Positions 1-9,031 of a DNA stretch of 32,000 nucleotides are shown piece after piece (position 1 is the stretch's first letter; each line of letters opens with the position of its first letter). This DNA comes from Halomicronema hongdechloris C2206 (GTDB lineage Bacteria > Cyanobacteriota > Cyanobacteriia > Phormidesmidales > Phormidesmidaceae). The position numbers were made by a program, and so were the translations under genes. The DNA lies in the NCBI RefSeq assembly GCF_002075285.3, contig NZ_CP021983.2, forward strand, positions 2,370,001 to 2,402,000, read 5' to 3'. The notes below the pieces were generated by a model. The model ran no database searches and was not told the origin of the DNA. It worked only from the letters and a program-made list of their open reading frames with translations.

Positions 1-547
1 CAGGAATCTGAAATGCCTCTTTCACCTGGGCGGTGGCAAACCCCTCCATGGGGCAGGTGTCGACTCCGAACCCTTTGGCGGCAACCATCAAATGGGCGAC
101 TGCTAGCATCACGTGGCGATTGGTCCAGGCTTCTAGGGTCTCGAAGCTGGGCTGGGCATCAAATAACTGAGGCACAGCTCCCCGCATGACATCAGCATAC
201 TCATCACTCATACTGCCGGCATCAACGCCAAGCTGAATAATAGACTCGACGTACTCGCGACTATTGACCCGGCGATCGCCACAGCAAATGAGCACAACCG
301 GCGCTTCTGCCACCTGCCGTTGACCAAAGGCGCATGCTTGCAGCTTCTCCTTATGCTTAGCCTCTCGCAAGACAAGGAAACGCCAGGGCTGTAGATTGTA
401 GCCAGAGGGCGCTCGTAGCCCCAGGCGCAAAATTTCCATGAGGACAGCTTCAGGGATCGGATCGGGCTTGAAGGAGCGGGCGGCTCGTCGTTGCTCAATG
501 GCATCGACCAATCCCATGACAGTCGATACAGAGTTGGACACAGTCAT
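1..547 (-). CDS. Nitroreductase family protein, partial. The 3' end runs off the left window edge. Absent from the supplied ORF track.
   Basis: Manual minus-strand translation from the ATG at 547-545 gives MTVSNSVSTVMGLVDAIEQRRAARSFKPDPIPEAVLMEILRLGLRAPSGYNLQPWRFLVLREAKHKEKLQACAFGQRQVAEAPVVLICCGD... and stays open to position 1. The RxxxRxF and SxxNxQPW motifs are typical of NAD(P)H-flavin nitroreductases. Confidence 0.85.
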   Translation of the reverse strand, partial: MTVSNSVSTVMGLVDAIEQRRAARSFKPDPIPEAVLMEILRLGLRAPSGYNLQPWRFLVLREAKHKEKLQACAFGQRQVAEAPVVLICCGDRRVNSREYVESIIQLGVDAGSMSDEYADVMRGAVPQLFDAQPSFETLEAWTNRHVMLAVAHLMVAAKGFGVDTCPMEGFATAQVKEAFQIP

Positions 548-1105
548 CTCAGCTATTCCTTTCAGCAGTGGTGGACAGGTTTCCGAAGGTGTCAGCGGAA
601 ACCCCATCAACGACCCGGTGAGTGTGAGACCATAGAGACCCCACGTAGTTTCTAAACCCGTGAGTCAGTCAAGGCGTCAAGGGTACATTAGCAACCCTGT
701 CGTTGTGTCACATCTATCCCTGGGGCCAAACATCTGGACAGGGCTGTGACTCCTAAGTTGAACTGAGACCGATGAAAACTTTTGTATACACTGTCAGCAA
801 GATGCCTGCAAGATTTGATCGAATCGTAGTGGCTCCGTTGGGCTAACCGCTTGATGCGGCTGCGATGGGTGGGGCCCAGCAACTTCGAATCAGACGGGGA
901 GGCAGCTGTTTCCATGGTGGTAGTTGACTCTAAGGCAATCCATTCAGCATAGTCTCGTCATTGGACTGCCATCAGGGCTAATTTCTAGCGAGTCGACTAG
1001 GCCAATCGAGGCACGGTGTCCCTCTTTCCAGGCTGACCCCACCTCGGCTAAGTTAAGGAGCGGGACGAAAGTCCCGCCTCATCTCTCGCCACAGGGGACA
1101 CTATC

Positions 1106-1401
1106 ATGGGGGCCTATGAAATTCTGGCCTATCTACTCCTAGGAGCCTTGTTGGGAGCCCTAGGCCAGGGCATTCGAGTCATTGTCGGCCTGAAGAAAAA
1201 ATCTGACGAACATCTCACCCAGCCCTTACGCACCTGGTTCGATCCCCAGCGACCTGTTGTTGAGCTTGTTGAGTTGGGGCCGTCGCTGGTTGCCTCAGCG
1301 TCGTGCTGCTGATTGGCAGCACCTAGGACCGCAATAGCCTGTTGACGGTCATCGCAGTGGCTATGCCGGCACTGATTTTATCGAAGGCTTCATTAAGGTA
1401 A
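1106..1401 (+). pseudogene. Probable decayed small membrane-protein gene. The 68-aa ORF at 1106..1312 is its intact N-terminal part.
   Basis: The N-terminus MGAYEILAYLLLGALLGALGQGIRVIVGLKKK is a clean TM helix. After FDPQR, hydrophobic membrane-like sequence continues only by switching frames (LLLSLLS, then VGAVAGCLSVVLLIGST-stop-DRNSLLTVIAV, then GYAGTDFIEGFIK). That needs at least 2-3 frameshifts and one in-frame stop. Confidence 0.35.
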
Positions 1402-1415
1402 GCAAGCGAAGGAGC

Positions 1416-1487
1416 AGGAGTAGGGAGTGGGAGTGGGGAGTGGGGAGTGGGGAGTGGGGAGGAGTGAAGAGTGAAGAGTGGGAGAGT
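1416..1487 (+). repeat. Degenerate purine-rich heptamer tandem array (NNNNAGT: GGGGAGT, GAAGAGT variants)
   Basis: Direct reading: caggagt agggagt gggagt ggggagt ggggagt ggggagt ggggaggagt gaagagt gaagagt gggagagt. Four GGGG runs at 1435-38, 1442-45, 1449-52 and 1456-59 are separated by AGT. Confidence 0.9.
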
Positions 1488-1557
1488 TAAAAGTGAAGAG
1501 TTAAAAGTGAAGAGTTAAAAGTGAAGAGTTAAAAGTGAAGAGTTAAAAGTGAAGAGT
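1488..1557 (+). repeat. Perfect 14-nt tandem repeat TAAAAGTGAAGAGT x5 (two fused heptamers)
   Basis: Five identical units counted at 1488-1501, 1502-1515, 1516-1529, 1530-1543 and 1544-1557. Confidence 0.95.
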
Positions 1558-1572
1558 GAAGGAATGACTTTA

Positions 1573-1692
1573 TTACTCGTTACTCGTTACTCGGATTACT
1601 CAATCACCCCATCACCCCATCACCCCTAAGCCCTGCGGGCAGGCTCCGCCAACACCCCATCACCTCATCACCCCATCACCCCATCCCCCATC
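1573..1692 (+). repeat. Pyrimidine-rich composite repeat: TTACTCG x3, ATCACCCC x3, a GC-rich core, then a further CACCCCAT-type array
   Basis: Direct reading: attactcgttactcgttactcgg...aatcaccccatcaccccatcacccc-taagccctgcgggcaggctccgccaac-accccatcacctcatcaccccatcaccccatcccccatc. It abuts the dps stop codon. Confidence 0.9.
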
Positions 1693-2222
1693 TAAGCCAG
1701 ATCTGCCTGCTTCACCAGATGGGCTTCCAGGAACCAGAGGCGCATGTCAATGGTTCGGGAGATCTCGGTGTAGAGGTCGGCGGTGTCGGCATCACCGAGC
1801 TCATCGGTTTGGTCGATGGCCTCTCGCACATGCTTGGCGTAGATGGCGAAGCGCTCTGCCAAGGCGGCCACATGCTCTTGGCCGTCGATGGCCTCCATTG
1901 GATACTCTGGCAAAATCGAGGCGTCTACGGCCATACGGGCGGTGCCGAGGGCAGTGCCCCCGAGGGCGGTGACGCGCTCGGCCACCATATCGACATAACC
2001 TTCTAACTCCCCGGCGATCTCATCGAACAGCTCATGCAGGGAGAAAAATTCTGGCCCCTTGACGTTCCAGTGGGCCTGCTTGGTCTGGGTTTTCAGATCC
2101 AGGGTGGCGGCCAGGCTCTGGTTGAGGATGGCGACGATTTGTGATCGCACCGCTTGAGGCAAATCGATGCGGGTAGGGTAAAACCGTTGGCCTGACTTGT
2201 GCTCAGTGGGTGTGGCAACCAT
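1692..2222 (-). CDS. dps: Dps family DNA-binding ferritin-like protein (DNA starvation/stationary phase protection)
   Basis: 176-aa ORF. The HWNVKGPEFFSLHELFDE and ferroxidase-type D/E residues, the length and the four-helix-bundle pattern are typical of Dps. Confidence 0.92.
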   Translation of the reverse strand: MVATPTEHKSGQRFYPTRIDLPQAVRSQIVAILNQSLAATLDLKTQTKQAHWNVKGPEFFSLHELFDEIAGELEGYVDMVAERVTALGGTALGTARMAVDASILPEYPMEAIDGQEHVAALAERFAIYAKHVREAIDQTDELGDADTADLYTEISRTIDMRLWFLEAHLVKQADLA

Positions 2223-2312
2223 AGCTATTGCTCTCCTATGTCTAGTCTCAGTGGGTCAACAATGACAGTGCTGCTATTCAGACGACTACAGTCAATCCAG
2301 GGTCTCCTAAAT

Positions 2313-2331
2313 CATACTCATAACGAGTATG
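2313..2331. promoter_or_regulatory. Perfect 7-5-7 inverted repeat CATACTC-ataac-GAGTATG upstream of dps; candidate operator
   Basis: Seen directly at 2313-2319 and 2325-2331, about 90-110 nt upstream of the dps ATG at 2222. Dps genes are commonly under Fur/PerR-type control, but this sequence does not match a canonical Fur box. Confidence 0.3.
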
Positions 2332-2480
2332 GATTGGCAAGGGGATTGCCATGGCAAAAGCCGCCAAGAACGATGACTCCTGGCGGCTAGATAGCTAGCA
2401 CTCGGGCAGTAGCGATAACGGCTTCTGGTAGGAAAGGCGACAAGGCTGATGCCTGCCTATGGCTGCCTTGACCCTCGGGG

Positions 2481-5400
2481 CTATTCTACTCCTTCGATGC
2501 GGTCTTCCACCTGCTGATAGAGTTCCTGCAGGCGTTCGATGTTGTCCTCGCTGGTGTCCCAGTAGCCGCGGCCGTGGATCTCCAGCATAGTGCTAACCAT
2601 ACGCCGGAAGGAATGGGGATTGAGGTTCATCAGCCGCTGGCACATGGCTTCATCCTTGATGAAGGTGCTGTTAGCGTCCTCATAGACCCAGTTGTCCACG
2701 GCCCCGGCGGTGGCCGACCAGCCCATGGTGTTGACTAACCGCTTCGACAGTTCCCGCACCCCTTCATAGCCGTGGGAGAGCATACCCTCGTACCACTTGG
2801 GATTCAGCAGTTTGGTGCGAGCGTCTAACCGCACGGTTTCAGACAGGGTACGCACCTGGGCATTGGCGGTGGTGGTATCGGCCACATAGGCAGCCGGTGT
2901 CTTGCCATCCCCGCGCAGACTACTCACCACCTTGGTAGGGTCAGAGTCGAAGTAGTGGGACACATCGGTGAGGGAAATCTCTGAGGAATCCAGGTTCTGG
3001 AAGGTTACCTCGGCCGTCTTCAGGGCATTCTCGAAGATATCCCGAGATTGGTCCATCATGCCGGGATTATCGGAGTTAAAGGCAAAGGACTTGCGCTTCA
3101 GGTACATCTCCTGCAACTCCGACTCCTCTTCCCAAGAGCTGTTTTCCACCGCCAAGTTGACATTGGAGGCATAGGAGCCAGAGGCATTGGAGAAGATGCG
3201 AGTCGCCGCCTGCCGCACTGACACTCCCATTTGCTCGGCTTGCTCTAGGGCATGCTTGCGCACGAAGTTCATCTCCGGGGGCTCGTCGGCTTCGGCAGCC
3301 ATCTTCACGGCCCGGTCCAACAGAGCCATCTGATTGATGAACAAATCGCGGAAGACGCCAGAGCAGCTGACCACGATGTCGACGCGAGGTCGACCCAACT
3401 CCTCTAGGCTAATCAACTCCAGCTTGTTGACCCGCCCCAGGGCATCGGGCACTGGCTTCACCCCGACGAACCAGAGCATTTGGGCTAGGGATTCACCGTA
3501 GGTCTTGATGTTATCGGTGCCCCACAGCACCGAGGCAATGGTCTCCGGGTATTGGCCCCCGTTTTCCTGACGCTGGCGCTCCAGCAATCGGTCTACTACG
3601 GTTTTGGCGGCCTGCACGGCTGCCGTAGTGGGAATCGCCTGGGGATCGAGGGCATGGATATTTTTGCCCGTGGGCAGCACATCCGGGTTGCGAATCGGGT
3701 CGCCGCCGGGGCCTGGCAGCACATATTCCCCTTCCAGAGCTTTCAGCAGGGCCCCCAACTCGTTGTCGGCGCAGACCTGCTCTAGGCAAGTTTCCAGGTA
3801 CTCCATTAAGGGCTTCAGGGCTTCTCCATCGACCTTGTCAAATCCGGCTTGCTTCAGGGCCTTGAGCCAGGGCTCCTGGCGACCGAGGTTGAAGAAGTTC
3901 AAGCGCGATACCTGAGAGACCCGGCCCTCGGCGTCCACCTGCTCCTGCACCAAGGCACTGACCGCCGCCCGCACCCCAGCATTGATATCGTAGAGCAACT
4001 GCACGTCGGCCAGGATCCCCTTGTCGCTGTTGCCGTAAATCTCGTCGATGTCGCGGCCGATGCTCTCGGCAATGAGCCGCTGCAGGCTCTTAAAGTCCTC
4101 TTCGCTGCGATCTAAGCCGGCAATGTTAACCAAGGTTGCGATCGCTTCTTCGGCACTGGGGGGTTTCCCAATCACATGCAAGCCACAAGGCAGCAGGCGC
4201 GATTCGATCTCCATCAGCCGAATATAGATCTTGCCCACCAGGGTATCCCGCTCCTCGGCAGTCATGGCGGCAGCATCCAGCTCCTGGTCCGGTTCTATCG
4301 CCAGCTCCATAATGTCCTTATCCAAGTTACATTGCCGCGCCGTCTCAATCACGGCATTGACGATAGGCACCCCGCGTCCACCGTCTTTAAGGCTTTGGTA
4401 AGACCCGATCAGATCACTCAGTTCCTTCAGCCCCTTGTACAGCCCTGCATTTTCAGCTGGCGGTGTTAGGTAACTGATGGTCTCGGCATAGCTACGCCGT
4501 TTGGCAATGGTGGCCTCGGACGGATTGTTGGCGGCATAGTAGTAGATATTGGGAATGGTGCTGATCAGGTTGTCCGGATAACATTGTCCCGACATGCCCA
4601 TCTGCTTACCCGGCATGAACTCCAGAGAGCCATGGGTGCCAAAGTGCAGCACCGCGTCAGCTCCCCAGAGGTGCTCCAGATAAGTGTAATAGGCAGCAAA
4701 GCCATGGTGGGGACTGGCCGAGCGGGAAAAGAGCAACCGCATCGGATCCCCTTCGTAGCCGAAGGTGGGCTGTACGCCAATAAATACGTTGCCAAAGGAC
4801 TTACCGTAGACCAACAGGTGCTGTCCATCGGTGTTGAGATGCCCCGGCGGCGGCCCCCAATTTTCCTCTAGGCGCTTAGAATAGGGGGTCAGGGCTTCAT
4901 ACTCGGGCACCGACATGCGGTAGGCCACGTTTAGCTCCGGGCTGGCATATTGGGCCTGGGCATCGTGAATCACCTCCTGCATCAGCGCTTCCGGTGACTC
5001 GGGTAAATCCTGCAGGTCATAGCCATTCTGTTTCATGGCCTCCAGTACCTTGAAGATAGAGCCAAACACATCCAGATAGGCTGCCGTCCCCACATTGCCC
5101 TTATCGGGGGGAAAGCTGAACACCGTAATGGCCAGTTTCTTATCCAGTTTGGGCTTGCGCCGCAGGCCGGCCCACTTCATCGCCCGTCGGGCAATGGTTT
5201 CCACCCGATCCTGTAGAGAAATGGCCCGCCCGGTGACCCCATCGCGACCCGACAGCACAATCGGTTCAATGGCGCCATCTAGTTCTGGAATCGCCATCTG
5301 CAGAGCCACCTGAATCGGGTGTAGACCCAGATCACTGTCTTCCCATTCCTCCGTGGTTTGGAAGACCAAGGGCAACGCCACCATGTAGGGGCGATTCAGC

Positions 5401-6494
5401 CGCTTCAGGGCCTCAATGGCCTTGGGATGATCTTGGCGAGCCGGTCCCCCTACCAGGGCAAAGCCGGTCAAGGACACCACCGCATCCACAATCGGTTGGG
5501 GCCGGTTCATGGGGTCGAAAAAGTAGTTTTCTACCGGCCGCGAAAAGTCTAGCCCCCCCGAAAACACCGGGATCACCCGGGCTCCCATATACTCTAGCTC
5601 TTGCACCATGGCCACATAGTGGGCGTCATCTCCGGTGACCAGGTGGGTGCGCTGCAGCACCAAACCGATGCAGGGAGCCATAGGATCTTTGAGGTCATCA
5701 GAGATATCACGACGGGAGTTGTACCAGTTGAGGTACTCCTTGATATCCTCAAACATGGTGGTCGCCAGCGGGTGCCAGATGCCGACGTCGGGATAGGTGG
5801 TGGGATCTTTATACTCCAGCGGTCGCGATCCTTGCGGACTATTGGGATCAGACTTGAGGATGTAGCGATCCGCCAGCATCAGTAGAAAGTTCTCCAGGTT
5901 CTCCGCAGATCCGCCTAACCAGTACTGGAAGCTGAGCATGAAATTACGGGCATCCTGGGCCTTTTCCACCGGCAGATACTTCAGCACCTTGGGCAGCGTC
6001 CGCAGCAGCTTTAACATGGCATCTTCAAAGCTGCTACCGTTCTGTTGCCGGCGCTTCTTCATGAACTGGCCGATGGCGCTCTTGGATTGCCCTAGCTGGG
6101 CCATGGAGAAGCTACCCAGTTTGTTCAGCCGCATCACCTGGGGCATGGAAGGGAATACCACGGCCACATCTAGACGATCGCGATGGGGCTGTACCGCCTC
6201 GACTACCTTTTCGGCCAGGTCTTCGATAAAGATCAGAGAGCCGATGAAGACATTGGCCTCGGCAACGTCTCTCTGGAAGGCGACATAGTTCTCCGGATCG
6301 CGTAACTCTTCGATCAAATAGCCACTGACCTCAACGGCCAAGCGAGGATTGTCGCTGTTGATAGAGCGTACGGCTGCGGAGAGGGCGCTCTGATACTGAG
6401 GCTCTAACACGACATAGACCACCTTGACCAAGCATCGCTCCCCAAGGGTATCTGGAGCAATATGTCGCACAGTGGGCTTGACGTGAGTGAACAT
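2481..6494 (-). CDS. chlH: Magnesium chelatase subunit H (Mg-protoporphyrin IX chelatase large subunit)
   Basis: 1337-aa ORF. The N-terminus [15 protein letters not shown]..., the CobN/ChlH-like length and conserved blocks throughout fit ChlH. All plus-strand ORFs inside it are short antisense artefacts. Confidence 0.97.
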   Translation of the reverse strand: MFTHVKPTVRHIAPDTLGERCLVKVVYVVLEPQYQSALSAAVRSINSDNPRLAVEVSGYLIEELRDPENYVAFQRDVAEANVFIGSLIFIEDLAEKVVEAVQPHRDRLDVAVVFPSMPQVMRLNKLGSFSMAQLGQSKSAIGQFMKKRRQQNGSSFEDAMLKLLRTLPKVLKYLPVEKAQDARNFMLSFQYWLGGSAENLENFLLMLADRYILKSDPNSPQGSRPLEYKDPTTYPDVGIWHPLATTMFEDIKEYLNWYNSRRDISDDLKDPMAPCIGLVLQRTHLVTGDDAHYVAMVQELEYMGARVIPVFSGGLDFSRPVENYFFDPMNRPQPIVDAVVSLTGFALVGGPARQDHPKAIEALKRLNRPYMVALPLVFQTTEEWEDSDLGLHPIQVALQMAIPELDGAIEPIVLSGRDGVTGRAISLQDRVETIARRAMKWAGLRRKPKLDKKLAITVFSFPPDKGNVGTAAYLDVFGSIFKVLEAMKQNGYDLQDLPESPEALMQEVIHDAQAQYASPELNVAYRMSVPEYEALTPYSKRLEENWGPPPGHLNTDGQHLLVYGKSFGNVFIGVQPTFGYEGDPMRLLFSRSASPHHGFAAYYTYLEHLWGADAVLHFGTHGSLEFMPGKQMGMSGQCYPDNLISTIPNIYYYAANNPSEATIAKRRSYAETISYLTPPAENAGLYKGLKELSDLIGSYQSLKDGGRGVPIVNAVIETARQCNLDKDIMELAIEPDQELDAAAMTAEERDTLVGKIYIRLMEIESRLLPCGLHVIGKPPSAEEAIATLVNIAGLDRSEEDFKSLQRLIAESIGRDIDEIYGNSDKGILADVQLLYDINAGVRAAVSALVQEQVDAEGRVSQVSRLNFFNLGRQEPWLKALKQAGFDKVDGEALKPLMEYLETCLEQVCADNELGALLKALEGEYVLPGPGGDPIRNPDVLPTGKNIHALDPQAIPTTAAVQAAKTVVDRLLERQRQENGGQYPETIASVLWGTDNIKTYGESLAQMLWFVGVKPVPDALGRVNKLELISLEELGRPRVDIVVSCSGVFRDLFINQMALLDRAVKMAAEADEPPEMNFVRKHALEQAEQMGVSVRQAATRIFSNASGSYASNVNLAVENSSWEEESELQEMYLKRKSFAFNSDNPGMMDQSRDIFENALKTAEVTFQNLDSSEISLTDVSHYFDSDPTKVVSSLRGDGKTPAAYVADTTTANAQVRTLSETVRLDARTKLLNPKWYEGMLSHGYEGVRELSKRLVNTMGWSATAGAVDNWVYEDANSTFIKDEAMCQRLMNLNPHSFRRMVSTMLEIHGRGYWDTSEDNIERLQELYQQVEDRIEGVE

Positions 6495-6800
6495 TCAATA
6501 ACTCCTTATCAATTATGCGTTGGACCTTAAATTCCGCGTTTTGACCGACTGGCAGCACTAGTTAAGAAACTGCCGGACCTTTGAATAGGCCTACCTTGGA
6601 ACTCTCTTAAAAGGGAGACTGGATTACCTAGGCTAGGAACCCAGGAAAATGCCTAGCGGGGTAATGGGATACTCTGAATGTTTCACCATTTAAATCAGAA
6701 GATTTCGGGTATTTACAAATGCGACAATTTGAGGTAATAAATGAGGCTTTTAGAAGGGCTATAATCAGCTATAATCAACCGATCTATCAGACGTTCTATC

Positions 6801-6822
6801 AGAAAAACCTTGCCAGGCAAGG
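6801..6822 (-). terminator. Rho-independent terminator-like hairpin on the minus strand
   Basis: The minus strand reads ccttgcc-t-ggcaagg followed by tttttctgat. The stem is at 6808-6822 and the T5 tract at 6803-6807. It lies 290 nt downstream of the stop of the substrate-binding-protein gene and upstream of chlH. Confidence 0.45.
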
Positions 6823-7110
6823 AATTGAGCCGATAGGCGACACAATTTTACATAAACAATCCGAGAGTTTGTAAACAAAATTCACAGATTTGACACTAAA
6901 TTACTCTCAAATTTGTATCAAAATATTAATTTACTTTCAAGGTATAAAATTAAATTGCCAGCTCCATTGTCAGCTCCCTCACTAGGTCTGACTCGGCAAA
7001 GCGCCCAGAGTGAGAAGTCAGCATTCACGTCTCGCCGAGCTCCTGGCTTCTGGCTCCTGCATGCTGACTCAAGCGGTAATGTCTTGGTCTGAGCCACTCC
7101 CCCAAGGGCT

Positions 7111-8946
7111 TTAGTCTTCGATGGTGAGCGCTTCTAGGTTCCACAGGGCACCGCCGATGGCACTGTAGCGAATGCCGTCAATCGTATTGCGCACTGCCCC
7201 CAGGGACAGGGGGTTGATCAAGTAAATGAAGGGCAGATGGGTTTGGGTCAGGCGCTGGGTCTCGCGATAGATGGCTTGGCGCTTAGCCTCATTTGGCTCC
7301 TGGGCCGCTTGGATATATAGCTGGGCGATCTTGGCTTCCCAGTCCTTAGCCTGCCAGCCTGCGATGGGTTGTTGACCGGAGAGTGCTTGCTGGTTAAAGA
7401 CATGTAGAGAGCCGTTTAACAGCCAGACATTGGCGCCATTATTAGGCTCTAAGCCACCAGTTAGTCCTAGCACATGGGCTTCCCAATCGAGGCTATCGCT
7501 GAGTTTGCTGACCAATGTATTAAAGGCGATGGGCTGCAAGTTTACCTCTATGCCAAGTTTGTCGAGATCTTGTTTGATCTGGGCGGCGATAGACTCGCGA
7601 ATCTTATTGCCAGCATTGGTAATCAGGGTAAAGTTAACCCGGTTGCCATCGCTGTCTTCTAACTCGCCGCGAGCATTGGTCTGGAAGCCGGCCTGAGCCA
7701 GCAAGGATTTGGCCTTATCTAGGTTGTAGTCGTAAGTGGGAATGCCTGCCTCCGGAGGAGCGTAATAGGGACTCTGCACTGAGATGGGAGAGGTTTGCAC
7801 TTCCCCTAGGCCCTGAAAAATGTTGTTGATCATGGCCTGGCGATCGATGGCGTAGGATACCGCCTGGCGAAACTCTAGGGTATTAAACCATTGCGATCGC
7901 ACCGGGTCCACCAGCGGTTCCCCATTGCGAGTCCCCTGATTCAGGTTGAAACAGAGGAAATTAGTGCCCAGAGCCGGCCCGCCATTGTAGATAGTAAAGT
8001 TGCCTCGCTCCTCCTCCCGTTTCAGCAGGGCGAAGAAGTCGGGGGCAACACTAATCAGATCCAACCCACCGGAGCGGAACTGCAGCACCTGGGTATCGGA
8101 AGATTCCACCACCTGCCAGATCAGCTCCTGGATATAAGGCTGCTGGCGCCCCTGGTCATCCTGCTGCCAGTAGTAGGGGTTGCGCTCGAACACCACCCGT
8201 TCCGCCGGATAGTAGGCCTTAATCCGATAAGGGCCATTGGAGACCACCTGAGCTGGAGGGGTATCGGTGCCCCAGGTAGATAAAAACCGCAGATTGCCAT
8301 CGGCATCGCGTTCTTCCAGGGTGGGCCTGAGGATATGGGCTGGCAAAATTTCCATACTAGTAGTGCGCAGCAGCGGGGCGAAGGGTTCTGGCAAGTTGAA
8401 CTGGATGCGGCGCTCATCCAATTGCACCACCTCTGGCAATAGCCCCGCTTCACCGATACGCATTACATCCCGGTTACTGGTGGGAATCTCTTCATTGAAG
8501 ACGACCTCGTTATAGGTAAACACCACATCGGCGGCGGTCAAGGGTTCCCCATCGGACCACTTCAGATTGGGGCGCAGGGTAAACACGATGGTCTTGCCAT
8601 CCTCAGACATGTCCCAACTCTCGGCCTGCTTGGGAATGATCTCGCCAGTGGTGCCATCTTGGCCCGTTAGTCCCTCATAGGTGTAGAGAAACACATTGGG
8701 ATACTCCTGATTCAGCACCGGGTTAAAGGTCTTGGGATCACTGAGGGTGCTAAATACCAGTGGCTCCACATTACTAACCCCCGGTTTCTCGAATTGCTCC
8801 AGGCTACAGCCGCCATTGCTCAGCATCATCAGGCTGGCTAACAGCAAGGCCAACAGTCGCCGCAGCCCCCGGTGCAGTTGCTTGATGCGATTGCCAATGG
8901 CTGTCTTCGCCACCATACCCCTATCCATTCCATGACTGTTGTTCAC
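7111..8946 (-). CDS. ABC transporter substrate-binding protein, family 5 (peptide/nickel type); probable lipoprotein
   Basis: 611-aa ORF. It has an N-terminal hydrophobic segment with the lipobox-like LSNGGC, and the length and blocks (WSDGEPLTAADVVFT, ERNPYYW) are typical of OppA/DppA/NikA-like SBPs. The true start may be an internal Met. Confidence 0.9.
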   Translation of the reverse strand: MNNSHGMDRGMVAKTAIGNRIKQLHRGLRRLLALLLASLMMLSNGGCSLEQFEKPGVSNVEPLVFSTLSDPKTFNPVLNQEYPNVFLYTYEGLTGQDGTTGEIIPKQAESWDMSEDGKTIVFTLRPNLKWSDGEPLTAADVVFTYNEVVFNEEIPTSNRDVMRIGEAGLLPEVVQLDERRIQFNLPEPFAPLLRTTSMEILPAHILRPTLEERDADGNLRFLSTWGTDTPPAQVVSNGPYRIKAYYPAERVVFERNPYYWQQDDQGRQQPYIQELIWQVVESSDTQVLQFRSGGLDLISVAPDFFALLKREEERGNFTIYNGGPALGTNFLCFNLNQGTRNGEPLVDPVRSQWFNTLEFRQAVSYAIDRQAMINNIFQGLGEVQTSPISVQSPYYAPPEAGIPTYDYNLDKAKSLLAQAGFQTNARGELEDSDGNRVNFTLITNAGNKIRESIAAQIKQDLDKLGIEVNLQPIAFNTLVSKLSDSLDWEAHVLGLTGGLEPNNGANVWLLNGSLHVFNQQALSGQQPIAGWQAKDWEAKIAQLYIQAAQEPNEAKRQAIYRETQRLTQTHLPFIYLINPLSLGAVRNTIDGIRYSAIGGALWNLEALTIED

Positions 8947-9031
8947 TCTAGCGCGAAACCCCCTGACCTCAGGAGATGCCCCCTAGCTAAGGGGGGGATG
9001 AATTGAGACGTCGTGCCGAGGCCTGTTTCGG

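Noticed and set aside
688-1142. ORFs 688..915 (minus, 75 aa) and 924..1142 (plus, 72 aa) in the spacer upstream of the nitroreductase gene.
   Set aside because: No recognisable motifs, no ribosome-binding context and atypical S/R/C/H-rich composition. They cannot be excluded as small proteins, but nothing supports them.
1488-1557. Could the regular 14-nt repeats (or the other arrays) be a CRISPR array?
   Set aside because: The units are directly tandem with no unique spacers and are far shorter than CRISPR repeats of 24-37 nt or more. No cas genes are in the window.
2335-2350. TGGCAAGGGGATTGCC matches the sigma54 -24/-12 consensus (TGGCAC-N5-TTGCW) with correct GG/GC spacing.
   Set aside because: Cyanobacteria are known to lack RpoN/sigma54. 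The motif also points into the antisense strand of chlH. It is more simply an imperfect TTGGCAA/TTGCCAT inverted repeat.
2968-6288. About a dozen ORFs of 64-116 aa, mostly plus-strand with two minus-strand (e.g. 2968..3174, 3511..3789, 3604..3915, 4176..4469, 4565..4828, 5938..6288), listed inside the chlH region.
   Set aside because: All lie antisense or out of frame within a 1337-aa ORF of unmistakable ChlH identity. Their R/P/A/G-rich compositions are typical of shadow ORFs in GC-rich coding DNA.
6700-6735. An RpaB HLR1-like site (TTTACAAA-tg-CGACAATT) and NtcA-like GTA-N8-TAC sites upstream of chlH.
   Set aside because: Only the first half-site fits HLR1; the second repeat does not match (G/T)TTACA(T/A)(T/A). 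The GTA-N8 candidates (e.g. gtaaacaaaattca) lack the TAC half.
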